A stretch of 64,000 bases of DNA from an uncultured virus (IMG/VR IMGVR_UViG_3300046529_000479) (IMGVR_UViG_3300046529_000479), one strand, 5' to 3'. Shown: positions 50,547 to 58,411, counted from the stretch's first letter. The notes: a model not told the origin generated them from the sequence alone. Translations and numbers: made by a program.

Positions 50547-50756
50547 TTAGCGTATCCCGTTCCCGTTCGCTTGCCGAGTGTTGTACTGCTTCCGGCCGTT
50601 AATGGCGTTCAGCAATCGCAAGTCTGCTCCTAAGAGTTGGTCTCCATAGCTCCGTCTTTGGGTGGCGCGTGCGACTGCCTGGTTGATGGTGCGGCCACTC
50701 GGAAGGATTGTGGTGTTTTTGTCGGGAGTCTGGTTGTATCGGGGGTTGTAACCCAT
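50547..50756 (-). CDS. hypothetical protein
   Basis: ORF in late orientation. Confidence 0.4.
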   Translation of the reverse strand: MGYNPRYNQTPDKNTTILPSGRTINQAVARATQRRSYGDQLLGADLRLLNAINGRKQYNTRQANGNGIR

Positions 50757-50762
50757 TTGTGG

Positions 50763-50966
50763 TTAAACCCTATCCCGGGAGGCATTGACTTGCTTGATGC
50801 CGTCGTAGTAGCACTCGCATTGGAGCTTGGTGTGGCCCTTGGCCAGCTGGCAGAGATGATTCCCGTCTGGGCTGGCCGCTCCGGTGCATCCCGGCCCCCA
50901 GCGGAAGTCGCAAGTTCCTTTGACTGAGGCTGGAGTGGGATCTGCCTGGGATTGGGTGGTAGCCAA
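50763..50966 (-). CDS. small Cys/His-rich protein, first gene of leftward unit
   Basis: GAAAGGAG SD before TTG; C...C...H.C....H...C.C. Confidence 0.5.
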   Translation of the reverse strand: MATTQSQADPTPASVKGTCDFRWGPGCTGAASPDGNHLCQLAKGHTKLQCECYYDGIKQVNASRDRV

Positions 50967-50969
50967 TGT

Positions 50970-51500
50970 GTCTCCTTTCGTGTGTGGCGGGTTTGTGCGT
51001 GAGTATAGCTGGCTGGTGCAGCTCGCGCCCGGCCTCGCGCGCGTGCACGCGCCCGCGCACTAAAGACTTATATCCATGGTTGTGAATTGGGGTGCCTCGT
51101 ACGCGCGCGCGCGCAAAGAGCTTTTACTACTGAATAATGAGTTTTGAATGCAACGCGCGCCCCCGGCCCCGCGCGAGGCCCGGTGAAAAAACCTTCGCCT
51201 AGGCGCACGTACGCGCGTAAGCGAGAAAATCTGCATAGAGAGGTTTGGGTCGCGGGCGTACGGGTACGCGACTGCATGTGTTTTTCAGTTTTCTAAATAG
51301 GCTACTGCACGAAAAGCCTGCTAAAATGTGGTTTTTTGTCAATGTTGTGGTTTTTGCCTGGAATATTCTGTGTAATTTTGTGTAATTTTGTGGGGTGTTG
51401 GGTTTTTGTGTCAATTATGTTGTTTAGGGGTCAATTCTGGGTTTCAACGGTCAAGACCGCTTCCGTGCCGGGACTCCGGTTTCTACATTTTTCCCACGGT
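50970..51500. other. non-coding divergence region, candidate genome terminus/pac site or origin
   Basis: transcription switches direction; AT-rich, T/G-skewed 51270-51450; tandem TGTAATTTTG x2 (51371-51390). Confidence 0.45.
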
Positions 51501-51944
51501 GATCGGCGGGTCGGCGAGTCGAGAGCTCGCGCCTCGATTACCCCGATTAGCAGGGATTTTCCGCGCTTCCCCCGCTCCCGCCCGCCCCGAGGCGTAGCCC
51601 GTCTAGGCGACGTTTACCGTTTAGGCTACGGATCTCGGTTCGGAGTTAGGCGATCCCCTCCCCGCCCCCGCGCGTACCGTTCTTCGAGCCGGAGACGGGC
51701 GCCGACGTTATCCCTCGATCGTTCGAGGCGAGAGGCGGGCGGTATTAGTCGGAGGAGCCGCGCGATCGCTACGCGCGGGCTTCGCGGGGGCGGTCTACGG
51801 CTTCCCTCGCCTCGCCCGCCTTATAGCCGCCCGGGGGACTCGATCGGACGCGCGTAGGGTCGCCGTCCCCCGTAGGTAGGGGCGGCTCCCGGGCTTTAGA
51901 GCGTAGGCGCGCGAGCCGTAGACCTTCCTTCCTTCGGCGGGCGG

Positions 51945-52068
51945 TCGGAGCCTCTTAGAGAGGCTCCGAGCGTCCCGCGAGAGGCGCGCAGGGATCGACG
52001 GGGGTCGAGAGATTCGAGGCGTTCGATTCTCTCGACCCCGCTCGATCGCGCGCGCCTCGCGCGGGACG
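51945..52068 (+). ncRNA. structured leader: 25-nt hairpin followed by ~98-nt hairpin
   Basis: TCGGAGCCTCT/AGAGGCTCCGA; CGTCCCGCG/CGCGGGACG, GAGGCGCGC/GCGCGCCTC, GATCGA/TCGATC, GGGGTCGAGAGA/TCTCTCGACCCC. Confidence 0.5.
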
Positions 52069-52106
52069 GGGAATCCTCCCCGCCCCGACGAACGAAGGAG
52101 AGAAAA

Positions 52107-52514
52107 GTGTCCGTATCTAAGAAAGACGCCGCGAAAATCTCGAAGCTCGCGGCCGAAGGTAAGTCCGACGCCGCGATCGACGCGGCCGTCTATCCCGGGG
52201 AGACGGGAAAGTGGAGTACGCGGGAGATCTCCTACGCGGCGCGGCGCGACGCCTACGCGGCTTCGCTCTCGCCGAACGGCCCGAAGTACGACGGGCCGAT
52301 CGTCCCTTCGCGCCTCGGCGCGTTCGAGACGATCGAGAGCGTTCGAGCGTCCGACGTCGCGGCGGTACTCGCCGAGTCGCCGAAGCTACGCGCCTACGCG
52401 CTTCCGATCGTCTTCGGCTTCCGCCCGACTCGGGCGAACGTCGATAGGCTCGGCGGCTTCGCGGTCGCGCGGAAACGCCCCGGGCGGCTCGCCTCGGGCG
52501 CCTCGCGCGCCTAG
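52107..52514 (+). CDS. first early protein, unknown function
   Basis: ACGAAGGAG SD, GTG start; no His/Gln/Cys/internal Met. Confidence 0.7.
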   Translation: MSVSKKDAAKISKLAAEGKSDAAIDAAVYPGETGKWSTREISYAARRDAYAASLSPNGPKYDGPIVPSRLGAFETIESVRASDVAAVLAESPKLRAYALPIVFGFRPTRANVDRLGGFAVARKRPGRLASGASRA

Positions 52515-52719
52515 CAGGGATCGAGCGGGGGAAGGGGAGAGGCTCGCGCCTCGCCCCTTCGCCCCGGTCGCGTCCCGCGACCGAACGCGGAAGGAAGGAC
52601 GCAAAGCCTCGCGATCGCGAAGCCGCGCGTCCGGTTTCCGCACGCCCTCGATTCGGAAGGGTAAGCGCAAAAGAGGAAGCTACAAAAAGTTTCCTCAAAA
52701 ACGAAGGAGGGTCACGAAA

Positions 52720-53058
52720 GTGGCAAAACGGAAAAAGCCGGCAAAAAGCAGAGGGCCGGTATCATCGAAGTCCGCAAGAAGTCCGGGACAAAGCCGCGAC
52801 TCAAAGATAAGCGCGGCAACCGGAACGCCCGCAATCGACCTCGAACTAGCAAGGGCCGAAGCGTGCGACGCATTCGTCGGGAACACAAACGTAGTGTTCT
52901 TCAAGAAGAAGCGCACTAAGCGTACAAAGCTCGGGCCTGCCGGATCATGGTACAATGGCCGAGCTGAGAGCGGCGAAAAGTGCGGAGCACTCGCGATAAT
53001 GTCCAGATACAAAGACGGTAAGCGAGTTCACCGCTGCGCGAATCACATCGCGTCGTAA
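52720..53058 (+). CDS. basic early protein with Cys/His cluster
   Basis: ACGAAGGAGGGTCA SD; K/R-rich; C...C...HRC..H. Confidence 0.65.
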   Translation: MAKRKKPAKSRGPVSSKSARSPGQSRDSKISAATGTPAIDLELARAEACDAFVGNTNVVFFKKKRTKRTKLGPAGSWYNGRAESGEKCGALAIMSRYKDGKRVHRCANHIAS

Positions 53059-53071
53059 CGACAAAGACGCG

Positions 53072-53113
53072 CGTTGAAGGTCGAGCGACGGACAACCCGC
53101 TCGGCCTTGAACG
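53072..53113 (+). repeat. G.G hairpin element 1 (GGACAAC loop)
   Basis: CGTT-G-AAGGTCGAGCG acggacaacc CGCTCGGCCTT-G-AACG. Confidence 0.8.
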
Positions 53114-53137
53114 ACAAACGAAGGAGGGTACAAACAG

Positions 53138-53299
53138 ATGACATACGCGATCCAGTCGTCAGGCAGCGGGCAGCCGCCCGTAATGACGAACATCATCGCT
53201 GAGTTCGCGACGGAAGCAGAAGCCGTCACGACACTCGCTCGACTATTCAAGTCGAGTCCAGTTCGCAAGAACTACCTCAGCATCGTGAAAGTCAAGTAG
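53138..53299 (+). CDS. 53-aa hypothetical protein (not in ORF track)
   Basis: SD GAAGGAGGG; MTYAIQSSG...SIVKVK. Confidence 0.6.
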   Translation: MTYAIQSSGSGQPPVMTNIIAEFATEAEAVTTLARLFKSSPVRKNYLSIVKVK

Positions 53300-53343
53300 C
53301 GAGCTGAAGATCGGGCAAGGACAACTGCCCGGTCTTGAGCACG
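53300..53343 (+). repeat. G.G hairpin element 2 (GGACAAC loop)
   Basis: GCT-G-AAGATCGGGCA aggacaac TGCCCGGTCTT-G-AGC. Confidence 0.8.
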
Positions 53344-53369
53344 ATACCGATACACGAAAGGAGGGTACA

Positions 53370-53468
53370 GTGTACAAATGGAAAGACGCTTGGCCGACAT
53401 ACATCACTGCTCTGCCAATCGTCGTAATCGCATGTGCGCTCATTGGGCGCGCGATCTCACATCTGTAG
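53370..53468 (+). CDS. 32-aa membrane peptide (not in ORF track)
   Basis: SD AAAGGAGGG; MYKWKDAWPTYITALPIVVIACALIGRAISHL. Confidence 0.55.
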   Translation: MYKWKDAWPTYITALPIVVIACALIGRAISHL

Positions 53469-53511
53469 CAGAAGCTGCGTCGTGGACAACCGACGCGGCT
53501 TGTACTACAGA
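53462..53511 (+). repeat. G.G hairpin element 3 (GGACAAC loop)
   Basis: TCTGTAGCA-G-AAGCTGCGTCG tggacaac CGACGCGGCTT-G-TACTACAGA. Confidence 0.85.
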
Positions 53512-53530
53512 CAACAAACGAAGGAGGGTC

Positions 53531-53860
53531 ATGAAGCCAGAGTTCATAGAGAAAGTCTGGACAGCAACTGACCGCGAAGTCAAAGCTGACTGGATCGCCA
53601 ATCAGTATGAAGGCGAATATGTCAGCCCTCACTGGACAGTGGCTGGCGTCCAAGGTGATCAGATCATCTTCTACTGTTACGCAGAGCAACTCGGATATGA
53701 AATCTGTGTCTGGATCAGTGATTTCGATCCTAGCAACCGCTATGGCGGCGGCGAAGGGCTTGAAAGCAGACCGACATTGCGAGGAATCGTAATGTGTATT
53801 GAAGGCGAATGCGGCTGGATCAGCATCAAGGATCACAGTATCGTCAACAACTGCAACTGA
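53531..53860 (+). CDS. hypothetical protein
   Basis: ATG directly after ACGAAGGAGGGTC. Confidence 0.65.
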   Translation: MKPEFIEKVWTATDREVKADWIANQYEGEYVSPHWTVAGVQGDQIIFYCYAEQLGYEICVWISDFDPSNRYGGGEGLESRPTLRGIVMCIEGECGWISIKDHSIVNNCN

Positions 53861-53902
53861 TAGAAGCTGCTACTCAGGACAACGAGTAGCGGCTTGTGTC
53901 AG
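53857..53902 (+). repeat. G.G hairpin element 4 (GGACAAC loop)
   Basis: CTGATA-G-AAGCTGCTACTC aggacaac GAGTAGCGGCTT-G-TGTCAG. Confidence 0.85.
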
Positions 53903-53948
53903 AAGACATGACACAGTACCACAAAATGAAAAATCGAAGGAGGGTCAA

Positions 53949-54272
53949 ATGAAAGGCGCATTCATCACCATACTGCTACTCGGCAGTCTCTTTGTCGGGG
54001 GCGGAGCATTCGCACTTCACGGGATCACCGCCGCGAGCGACAAGTCAAGTGCTCAGGTCGATCCCAACACTTTCGCAGTCCTGCCAATCGGCGTCAGCGA
54101 AAGCTACGTGAGAAGTTCATTCGGAACTCCTCAGAGCAGCGACGACACAACTGTCGGCGGCTACGGCAGCACGTTGAACAGCCGTTGTATCTACTACGGC
54201 ATCCTCAGCCAGAACGGCAGTTATCAGTTCTGCTTCGACAACGGCAAGCTCGTCTCGAAAAGCAGGTATTGA
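53949..54272 (+). CDS. exported SmpA/BamE-like small domain protein
   Basis: N-terminal TM/signal; IG.S...V...FG.P...Y.....F.F.NGKL..K. Confidence 0.55.
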   Translation: MKGAFITILLLGSLFVGGGAFALHGITAASDKSSAQVDPNTFAVLPIGVSESYVRSSFGTPQSSDDTTVGGYGSTLNSRCIYYGILSQNGSYQFCFDNGKLVSKSRY

Positions 54273-54318
54273 GTAGCAGCTCTGTCAGATAGAATCCGAC
54301 AGGGCTGGTGTTCAATAC
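54266..54318 (+). repeat. G.G hairpin element 5
   Basis: GTATTGAGTA-G-CAGCTCTGTC...GACAGGGCTG-G-TGTTCAATAC. Confidence 0.85.
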
Positions 54319-54339
54319 AAACGAAGGAGGGTCAGCACG

Positions 54340-54627
54340 ATGGAAGCCAAGAAAGGCGAAGTCTGCGTGGTGTCCAGCATTCCTAATTGTGATTTCTGCA
54401 ATCAGGAGGGCACGAAGACGCCAGGCCCGTACGACTTCAAGACGCGGTTTGGCCCGTGGGCTCACGGATGTGAGGATCACTGGAAGCTGTACCGTGCGTT
54501 CGACAGCCTCGGTGTTGGGCAGGCTCAGATCTGGATCACGAAAGATGAGGAGCCGAAGCACGCGCCAGGTACACTAGGCGCGATCATGTCCAGCAAGACG
54601 AACAGGTTGAACAAAGAACTGGGGTAG
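54340..54627 (+). CDS. hypothetical zinc-binding protein
   Basis: CDFC...YD.KT..GPWA..C..H...LG.G. Confidence 0.6.
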   Translation: MEAKKGEVCVVSSIPNCDFCNQEGTKTPGPYDFKTRFGPWAHGCEDHWKLYRAFDSLGVGQAQIWITKDEEPKHAPGTLGAIMSSKTNRLNKELG

Positions 54628-54685
54628 TGACCAGTGGCTCCGTCATGGAGATCAGGGACGTTCGACATGGCGGGGCCGGTGTTCA
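54628..54685 (+). repeat. G.G hairpin element 6
   Basis: TGACCA-G-TGGCTCCGTCATG...CATGGCGGGGCCG-G-TGTTCA. Confidence 0.85.
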
Positions 54686-54705
54686 TCACCAACAGAAGGA
54701 GGGTC

Positions 54706-55059
54706 ATGAACGAGGAGCAAGCAGATTTCCTTGTGAAGTTCCGCAAGGAGAATCCGCCACAACCAGTACCAGGACGAGAAATGACTGAGGAGCAGTTTCG
54801 TGCTGATCTCAATGGCGTAGCAGAACGAACAGCCAAAGACATCGGTGGCGACTATCCTCACATCGACACAGGCTTCGAGTGCTACGTGTACAAGATTGAC
54901 GGCAGATTCGTCGGCTACATCTACATGGGTGAAGCTGGCGAGTGGGCCCTCATCGACAAGTTCGATCAGTTCGACACCTGTGACGAACCGGACACACAGC
55001 TTCACGACGCACCCGAGTATCTCCAACGCGTCAAAGCGCTGTCGCCATACAAACGGTGA
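54706..55059 (+). CDS. hypothetical protein
   Basis: ATG after AGAAGGAGGGTC. Confidence 0.65.
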   Translation: MNEEQADFLVKFRKENPPQPVPGREMTEEQFRADLNGVAERTAKDIGGDYPHIDTGFECYVYKIDGRFVGYIYMGEAGEWALIDKFDQFDTCDEPDTQLHDAPEYLQRVKALSPYKR

Positions 55060-55102
55060 CCAGCGGCGGGCCGGGAGTTGTCCCCCGGCCTGTCGGTGTT
55101 CA
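55057..55102 (+). repeat. G.G hairpin element 7 (loop GTTGTCC)
   Basis: TGACCA-G-CGGCGGGCCGGG agttgtcc CCCGGCCTGTCG-G-TGTTCA. Confidence 0.85.
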
Positions 55103-55120
55103 TCAAACGAAGGAGGGAAC

Positions 55121-55489
55121 ATGGCAATTGTAAGCTGTTTCGACTGCCCACAGTCCATGATGACGACAGGTGTCGCAGGCGACGATGTCAGAACGTGGAT
55201 CTGCTCGGAGTGCGCTCACGAGCGCGGGCTCACGCCTAAGCTCGCAGAGCGTGTTGCGATCGAAGACGCCAAGTGGGGCAACCCATGCTGCATCTGGGAA
55301 GCATGTCCCAAGGACGTCATGAAGCAGATCCTGATTCCGATCACAGACAACATCGAGATCGAGGCAGAGAACGCCGGCATCGAAGAAGACAATCCCAACC
55401 GCGACTCATGGATGGCACACAAGATCTCTCATCGACTCGTCGGCGTCATGAACCACATCTGGTTCGGCCCGGAGGTATTGCTCCGATGA
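55121..55489 (+). CDS. hypothetical protein with zinc ribbon
   Basis: SD ACGAAGGAGGG; CFDC...CSEC. Confidence 0.6.
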   Translation: MAIVSCFDCPQSMMTTGVAGDDVRTWICSECAHERGLTPKLAERVAIEDAKWGNPCCIWEACPKDVMKQILIPITDNIEIEAENAGIEEDNPNRDSWMAHKISHRLVGVMNHIWFGPEVLLR

Positions 55490-55728
55490 CAGTAGGCAAG
55501 TTCGAGATCAGAACGTGGTACGACGGCAGAACCCACAACCAGTTCCGCAAAGTAGCGGAAGTCGAAGCACCGACCGCACTTCATGCCCTGCGTGCTTACG
55601 CGGGGAACAGGCAAGCGATCATTCGACAGCGCAAAACGGACTACAGTGACGCCAAAGACTGGACAGCCACGATCCTAAACAAGAACGGAAAGCTGCGCGA
55701 CTACATCGCTGTTCGGGTACGCAACTGA
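55486..55728 (+). CDS. hypothetical protein
   Basis: ATGA-coupled (MTVGKFEIR...). Confidence 0.55.
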   Translation: MTVGKFEIRTWYDGRTHNQFRKVAEVEAPTALHALRAYAGNRQAIIRQRKTDYSDAKDWTATILNKNGKLRDYIAVRVRN

Positions 55729-55769
55729 TCAGCCGCTGGCACATCGCAGAGTGTGTTGGCGGGTGCTCA
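55726..55769 (+). repeat. G.G hairpin element 8
   Basis: TGATCA-G-CCGCTGGCACA...TGTTGGCGG-G-TGCTCA. Confidence 0.85.
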
Positions 55770-55828
55770 TCCGAGCATCATCCGAAGGAGGGTCAAATGA
55801 TACGACTGGGGAACAGAACCGATCGAAG

Positions 55829-56053
55829 GTGAGTGTCGTGAAGTTCATCTTCATCGACATTCCCGGCTCGATTCTCATACTGTGTTTCATTCTCGGCTGG
55901 TGGTCGAGACATAACAAGGTAGTCAAGACCGTGTTCTTTGACGGGAACGAACCAGTGAAGTCGAAGCCGATTACGCCCAAGCGGATTCCAGTTCCCAAGG
56001 CTTCAAAGCCGAAGCTGTACATCGTTCGAGATCAACCAGGTAGTGAAGAGTGA
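55829..56053 (+). CDS. small membrane protein, preceded by an 11-codon mini-ORF (55797-55832)
   Basis: hydrophobic N-terminus; GTGA overlap with the mini-ORF stop. Confidence 0.5.
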   Translation: MSVVKFIFIDIPGSILILCFILGWWSRHNKVVKTVFFDGNEPVKSKPITPKRIPVPKASKPKLYIVRDQPGSEE

Positions 56054-56098
56054 ATAGCGGCTCCACAGGTCAGCTACGATCTGTGGGGCCGGTGTTCA
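56051..56098 (+). repeat. G.G hairpin element 9
   Basis: TGAATA-G-CGGCTCCACAGGTC agctac GATCTGTGGGGCCG-G-TGTTCA. Confidence 0.85.
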
Positions 56099-56126
56099 TA
56101 AGACGCCACGAAGGAGGGCCAGCAAA

Positions 56127-56510
56127 ATGCCACTCAACATCTATGTGGAGCGAAAAGGCAAGCGTCGCAAGGATCTCATCTGGGATCAGCAGATGCTTGA
56201 CTTCTGCTACACCGTGGCCTACATGGACGAAGATGCTGACCGGGAATATCAGACTGGCAAGAAGTTCGCTGACCTCGGCACCTGGACATTCGATCCAGAC
56301 AACAAGCTCGGATCGAAGTGGTCAGGGCAAGAGTTCGAGCACTATGTCACTTTCCAATTCGGTGTGTACTACATCGAGGGTGATTGTGGCCTGGTGGAGA
56401 AGGGCGAGCAAGTTGTTAAGCACAAGCATCGCTTCCTTCATTCACAGATGGAAAAGCCAGTCGTGTTCATGCCCGGAGACAGAATCGTCGCATGGAGGTC
56501 ACACAAGTGA
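56127..56510 (+). CDS. hypothetical protein
   Basis: SD ACGAAGGAGGG. Confidence 0.6.
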   Translation: MPLNIYVERKGKRRKDLIWDQQMLDFCYTVAYMDEDADREYQTGKKFADLGTWTFDPDNKLGSKWSGQEFEHYVTFQFGVYYIEGDCGLVEKGEQVVKHKHRFLHSQMEKPVVFMPGDRIVAWRSHK

Positions 56511-56728
56511 TCAAGGTCAAGATGACGCAAGAGGCATTCAACACCATGACGACTGCACAGAAGCACAGCATTGATGTTATCCTGAACAATCCGAAACTTG
56601 AAAACGTGGTTGTTCAGAAAGGCGGACTCGATCTGCCAGACAACTATCTGTGCTTCACGATGCACTGGACGGATCATGGCCAGCCGATTTATGGCGGCAT
56701 CTCGCCCCAAGGCCAGGTGTCGACATGA
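56507..56728 (+). CDS. hypothetical protein
   Basis: GTGA-coupled, GGAGG SD. Confidence 0.55.
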   Translation: MIKVKMTQEAFNTMTTAQKHSIDVILNNPKLENVVVQKGGLDLPDNYLCFTMHWTDHGQPIYGGISPQGQVST

Positions 56729-56961
56729 TCACGTTGGAGCAAGCAAAAAGCCTGAAGCGTGGCCAGATCCTTCACCACGACATCAACAGGAACAGCGATG
56801 GCACTTGCCAACGCTGGAAGGTGAATGGTCAAGTGCAGACATGGAAGCGTGAGCCCAACCGGGTTCGCGTGCCCATTAAACACGGGCTGAGGCACTACGA
56901 TGCTCTTGATAGCCAAGGTGATCTCGATCTCGTTCATCTCGAAAGCGAGTGCCCGGGATGA
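56725..56961 (+). CDS. hypothetical protein (MITLEQAK...WKVNG.V.TWK..P..V.VP.KHGL)
   Basis: ATGA-coupled. Confidence 0.55.
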   Translation: MITLEQAKSLKRGQILHHDINRNSDGTCQRWKVNGQVQTWKREPNRVRVPIKHGLRHYDALDSQGDLDLVHLESECPG

Positions 56962-57101
56962 GACTCGTTGGCTACTGCACCGTTTGCCACAAGATCAAGT
57001 ACGTCCAAGTCACCGGCCACGACCTGGCCATGGCTCAGGCTCGTGGTAGCAACGTCGTGTCTGGAATCTGCGACGACTGCGAGAAAGAGCAAAGGAAGTG
57101 A
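56958..57101 (+). CDS. 47-aa zinc-ribbon protein (not in ORF track)
   Basis: MRLVGYCTVCHK...GICDDCEK; ATGA-coupled; its stop begins element 10. Confidence 0.55.
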   Translation: MRLVGYCTVCHKIKYVQVTGHDLAMAQARGSNVVSGICDDCEKEQRK

Positions 57102-57147
57102 GTAGCGAGTCTGTCCGTCCGATGGATCGGATAGGCTCGGTGCTCAC
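57098..57147 (+). repeat. G.G hairpin element 10
   Basis: GTGAGTA-G-CGAGTCTGTCCG...CGGATAGGCTCG-G-TGCTCAC. Confidence 0.85.
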
Positions 57148-57179
57148 CAGGCACCAGTAACAACAACCGAAGGAGGGTT

Positions 57180-57869
57180 ATGCCACCATTGATCGAGACG
57201 TCACCGGGCGTGCTGGAGTTCGCACTCGATCGTGTGGGTGATGACGCAGTTGAGATCCTGGAGCTGTCGTACAACGACATCCCCTGGAGCTGGATCTGCG
57301 GCACGCTCACGCGAGCCTGTGTGCTCAACGGGCATAAGAAGCCCGAGGGCTGCGCTCTCGGCCTGATCGGCATGAACGGCGGTCTGGCTAGCTTCTCTAC
57401 CAGAGTAGTGAGGCTGTGGGACAACGAGATCGGCAAGGACGTGCCGACTGGACAGTACGAAGTCCAGGGCATCTTCGAGCAGAGCGATCTGTACGCGACT
57501 TCAACGACAGCAGAGGCGATCGTATGCCTCGCGCTGGCGATCCCGAAAGAGATCACCGTCAGTAAGGCTGGCTGGTACAACGAAGTCGATGAGGCGTACG
57601 ACAAGTGGGCGGATAACATCCCTCACGACGTTTCAGGAGCTGCCGACTGCGTTGTCGCCTACAACGACGACGACATCACGAGAGGCGATGCAGCGTCGTG
57701 GTTCTGCAACGCCATCGGCATCGCACGTCTGCGCCGATCCGCCGGCAAGCAGGCCTCGACGTGGATGCAGGACGAGGACGGCTGTGAAGATCCGTCTTGT
57801 CAGCAGTGCTACCCGACCAACAGCGACACCGAAGACGCTTTGGTCGAGATGTACGAGGGCGACGCCTGA
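57180..57869 (+). CDS. hypothetical protein, paralog of 60576-61088
   Basis: W.CG.L....NG.KKP.GCA.GL, LALAIP, YND.....A..WF. Confidence 0.65.
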   Translation: MPPLIETSPGVLEFALDRVGDDAVEILELSYNDIPWSWICGTLTRACVLNGHKKPEGCALGLIGMNGGLASFSTRVVRLWDNEIGKDVPTGQYEVQGIFEQSDLYATSTTAEAIVCLALAIPKEITVSKAGWYNEVDEAYDKWADNIPHDVSGAADCVVAYNDDDITRGDAASWFCNAIGIARLRRSAGKQASTWMQDEDGCEDPSCQQCYPTNSDTEDALVEMYEGDA

Positions 57870-57909
57870 CCAGCGAGTCCATCCCAACAAGGATGGGCTC
57901 GGTGTTCAG
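57866..57909 (+). repeat. G.G hairpin element 11
   Basis: CTGACCA-G-CGAGTCCATCC caacaa GGATGGGCTCG-G-TGTTCAG. Confidence 0.85.
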
Positions 57910-57932
57910 ACAGAACACCAGAAGGAGGGTCA

Positions 57933-58208
57933 ATGGACGAAGTCAGATCAGACAAGTTCACGGTCAACGACGATCTTGAGACGATCTCGTTTCACGACGA
58001 AGCGCAGCCGACGCTCATGCTGGCATGGATCAGCGACGATGCGAAGAGCGATCGCGGCTCGTTCTTCATCGCGGATTCAGAGAGCGAAAAGATCTTCAAG
58101 GTCACCCCGAGTCTTCACGACGATGGCATCAGAGTGATCCTGAAAGTCGATTCGCTCCACCGAGACGGCGTTGTGGAAGACAGCGCCATGATCATCAGCG
58201 TGTTCTGA
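57933..58208 (+). CDS. hypothetical acidic protein
   Basis: SD AGAAGGAGGGTCA. Confidence 0.6.
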   Translation: MDEVRSDKFTVNDDLETISFHDEAQPTLMLAWISDDAKSDRGSFFIADSESEKIFKVTPSLHDDGIRVILKVDSLHRDGVVEDSAMIISVF

Positions 58209-58411
58209 TGCCACAGATAGTTACTCTCCATCAGGACGAGTCAGAGATCATCGTTGCTGACACCAAGGGCAACCCGATGTTCAAGCTCAAGTTCGATAAC
58301 ACGGACGCGGGCTGCGAGCTGATGGTTGACATCTGGTACCCGAAGCTGCTCAGCCCCGACAAGTGGGTGGGCAACTTCGGAGACGAACCATTCATCTACG
58401 AGCCAACCTGA
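58208..58411 (+). CDS. hypothetical protein
   Basis: TGATG-coupled (MPQIVTLHQD...). Confidence 0.55.
   Translation: MPQIVTLHQDESEIIVADTKGNPMFKLKFDNTDAGCELMVDIWYPKLLSPDKWVGNFGDEPFIYEPT

Larger units (their letters stand above)
51502..52601. other. CA/TG-depleted segment
   Basis: manual count over 1100 nt: CA at 51551, 51989, 52515; TG at 52108, 52212. Confidence 0.9.

Noticed and set aside
51336..51857. 173-aa ORF crossing the divergence region
   Set aside because: No SD, it spans two compositionally different segments, and its low-complexity R/S/P translation is likely an artefact of TGA scarcity in the TG-free zone.
52000..52040. GTTCGATTC resembling a tRNA T-loop
   Set aside because: It lies in a long rod hairpin, and no cloverleaf can be built. 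I found no tRNA by eye anywhere in the window.
52597..52610. GGACGCAAAGCCTC resembles part of the c-di-GMP-I riboswitch
   Set aside because: The upstream GGCAAACC/GNRA arm is missing, and GGACGC pairs locally with GCGTCC in a simple hairpin.
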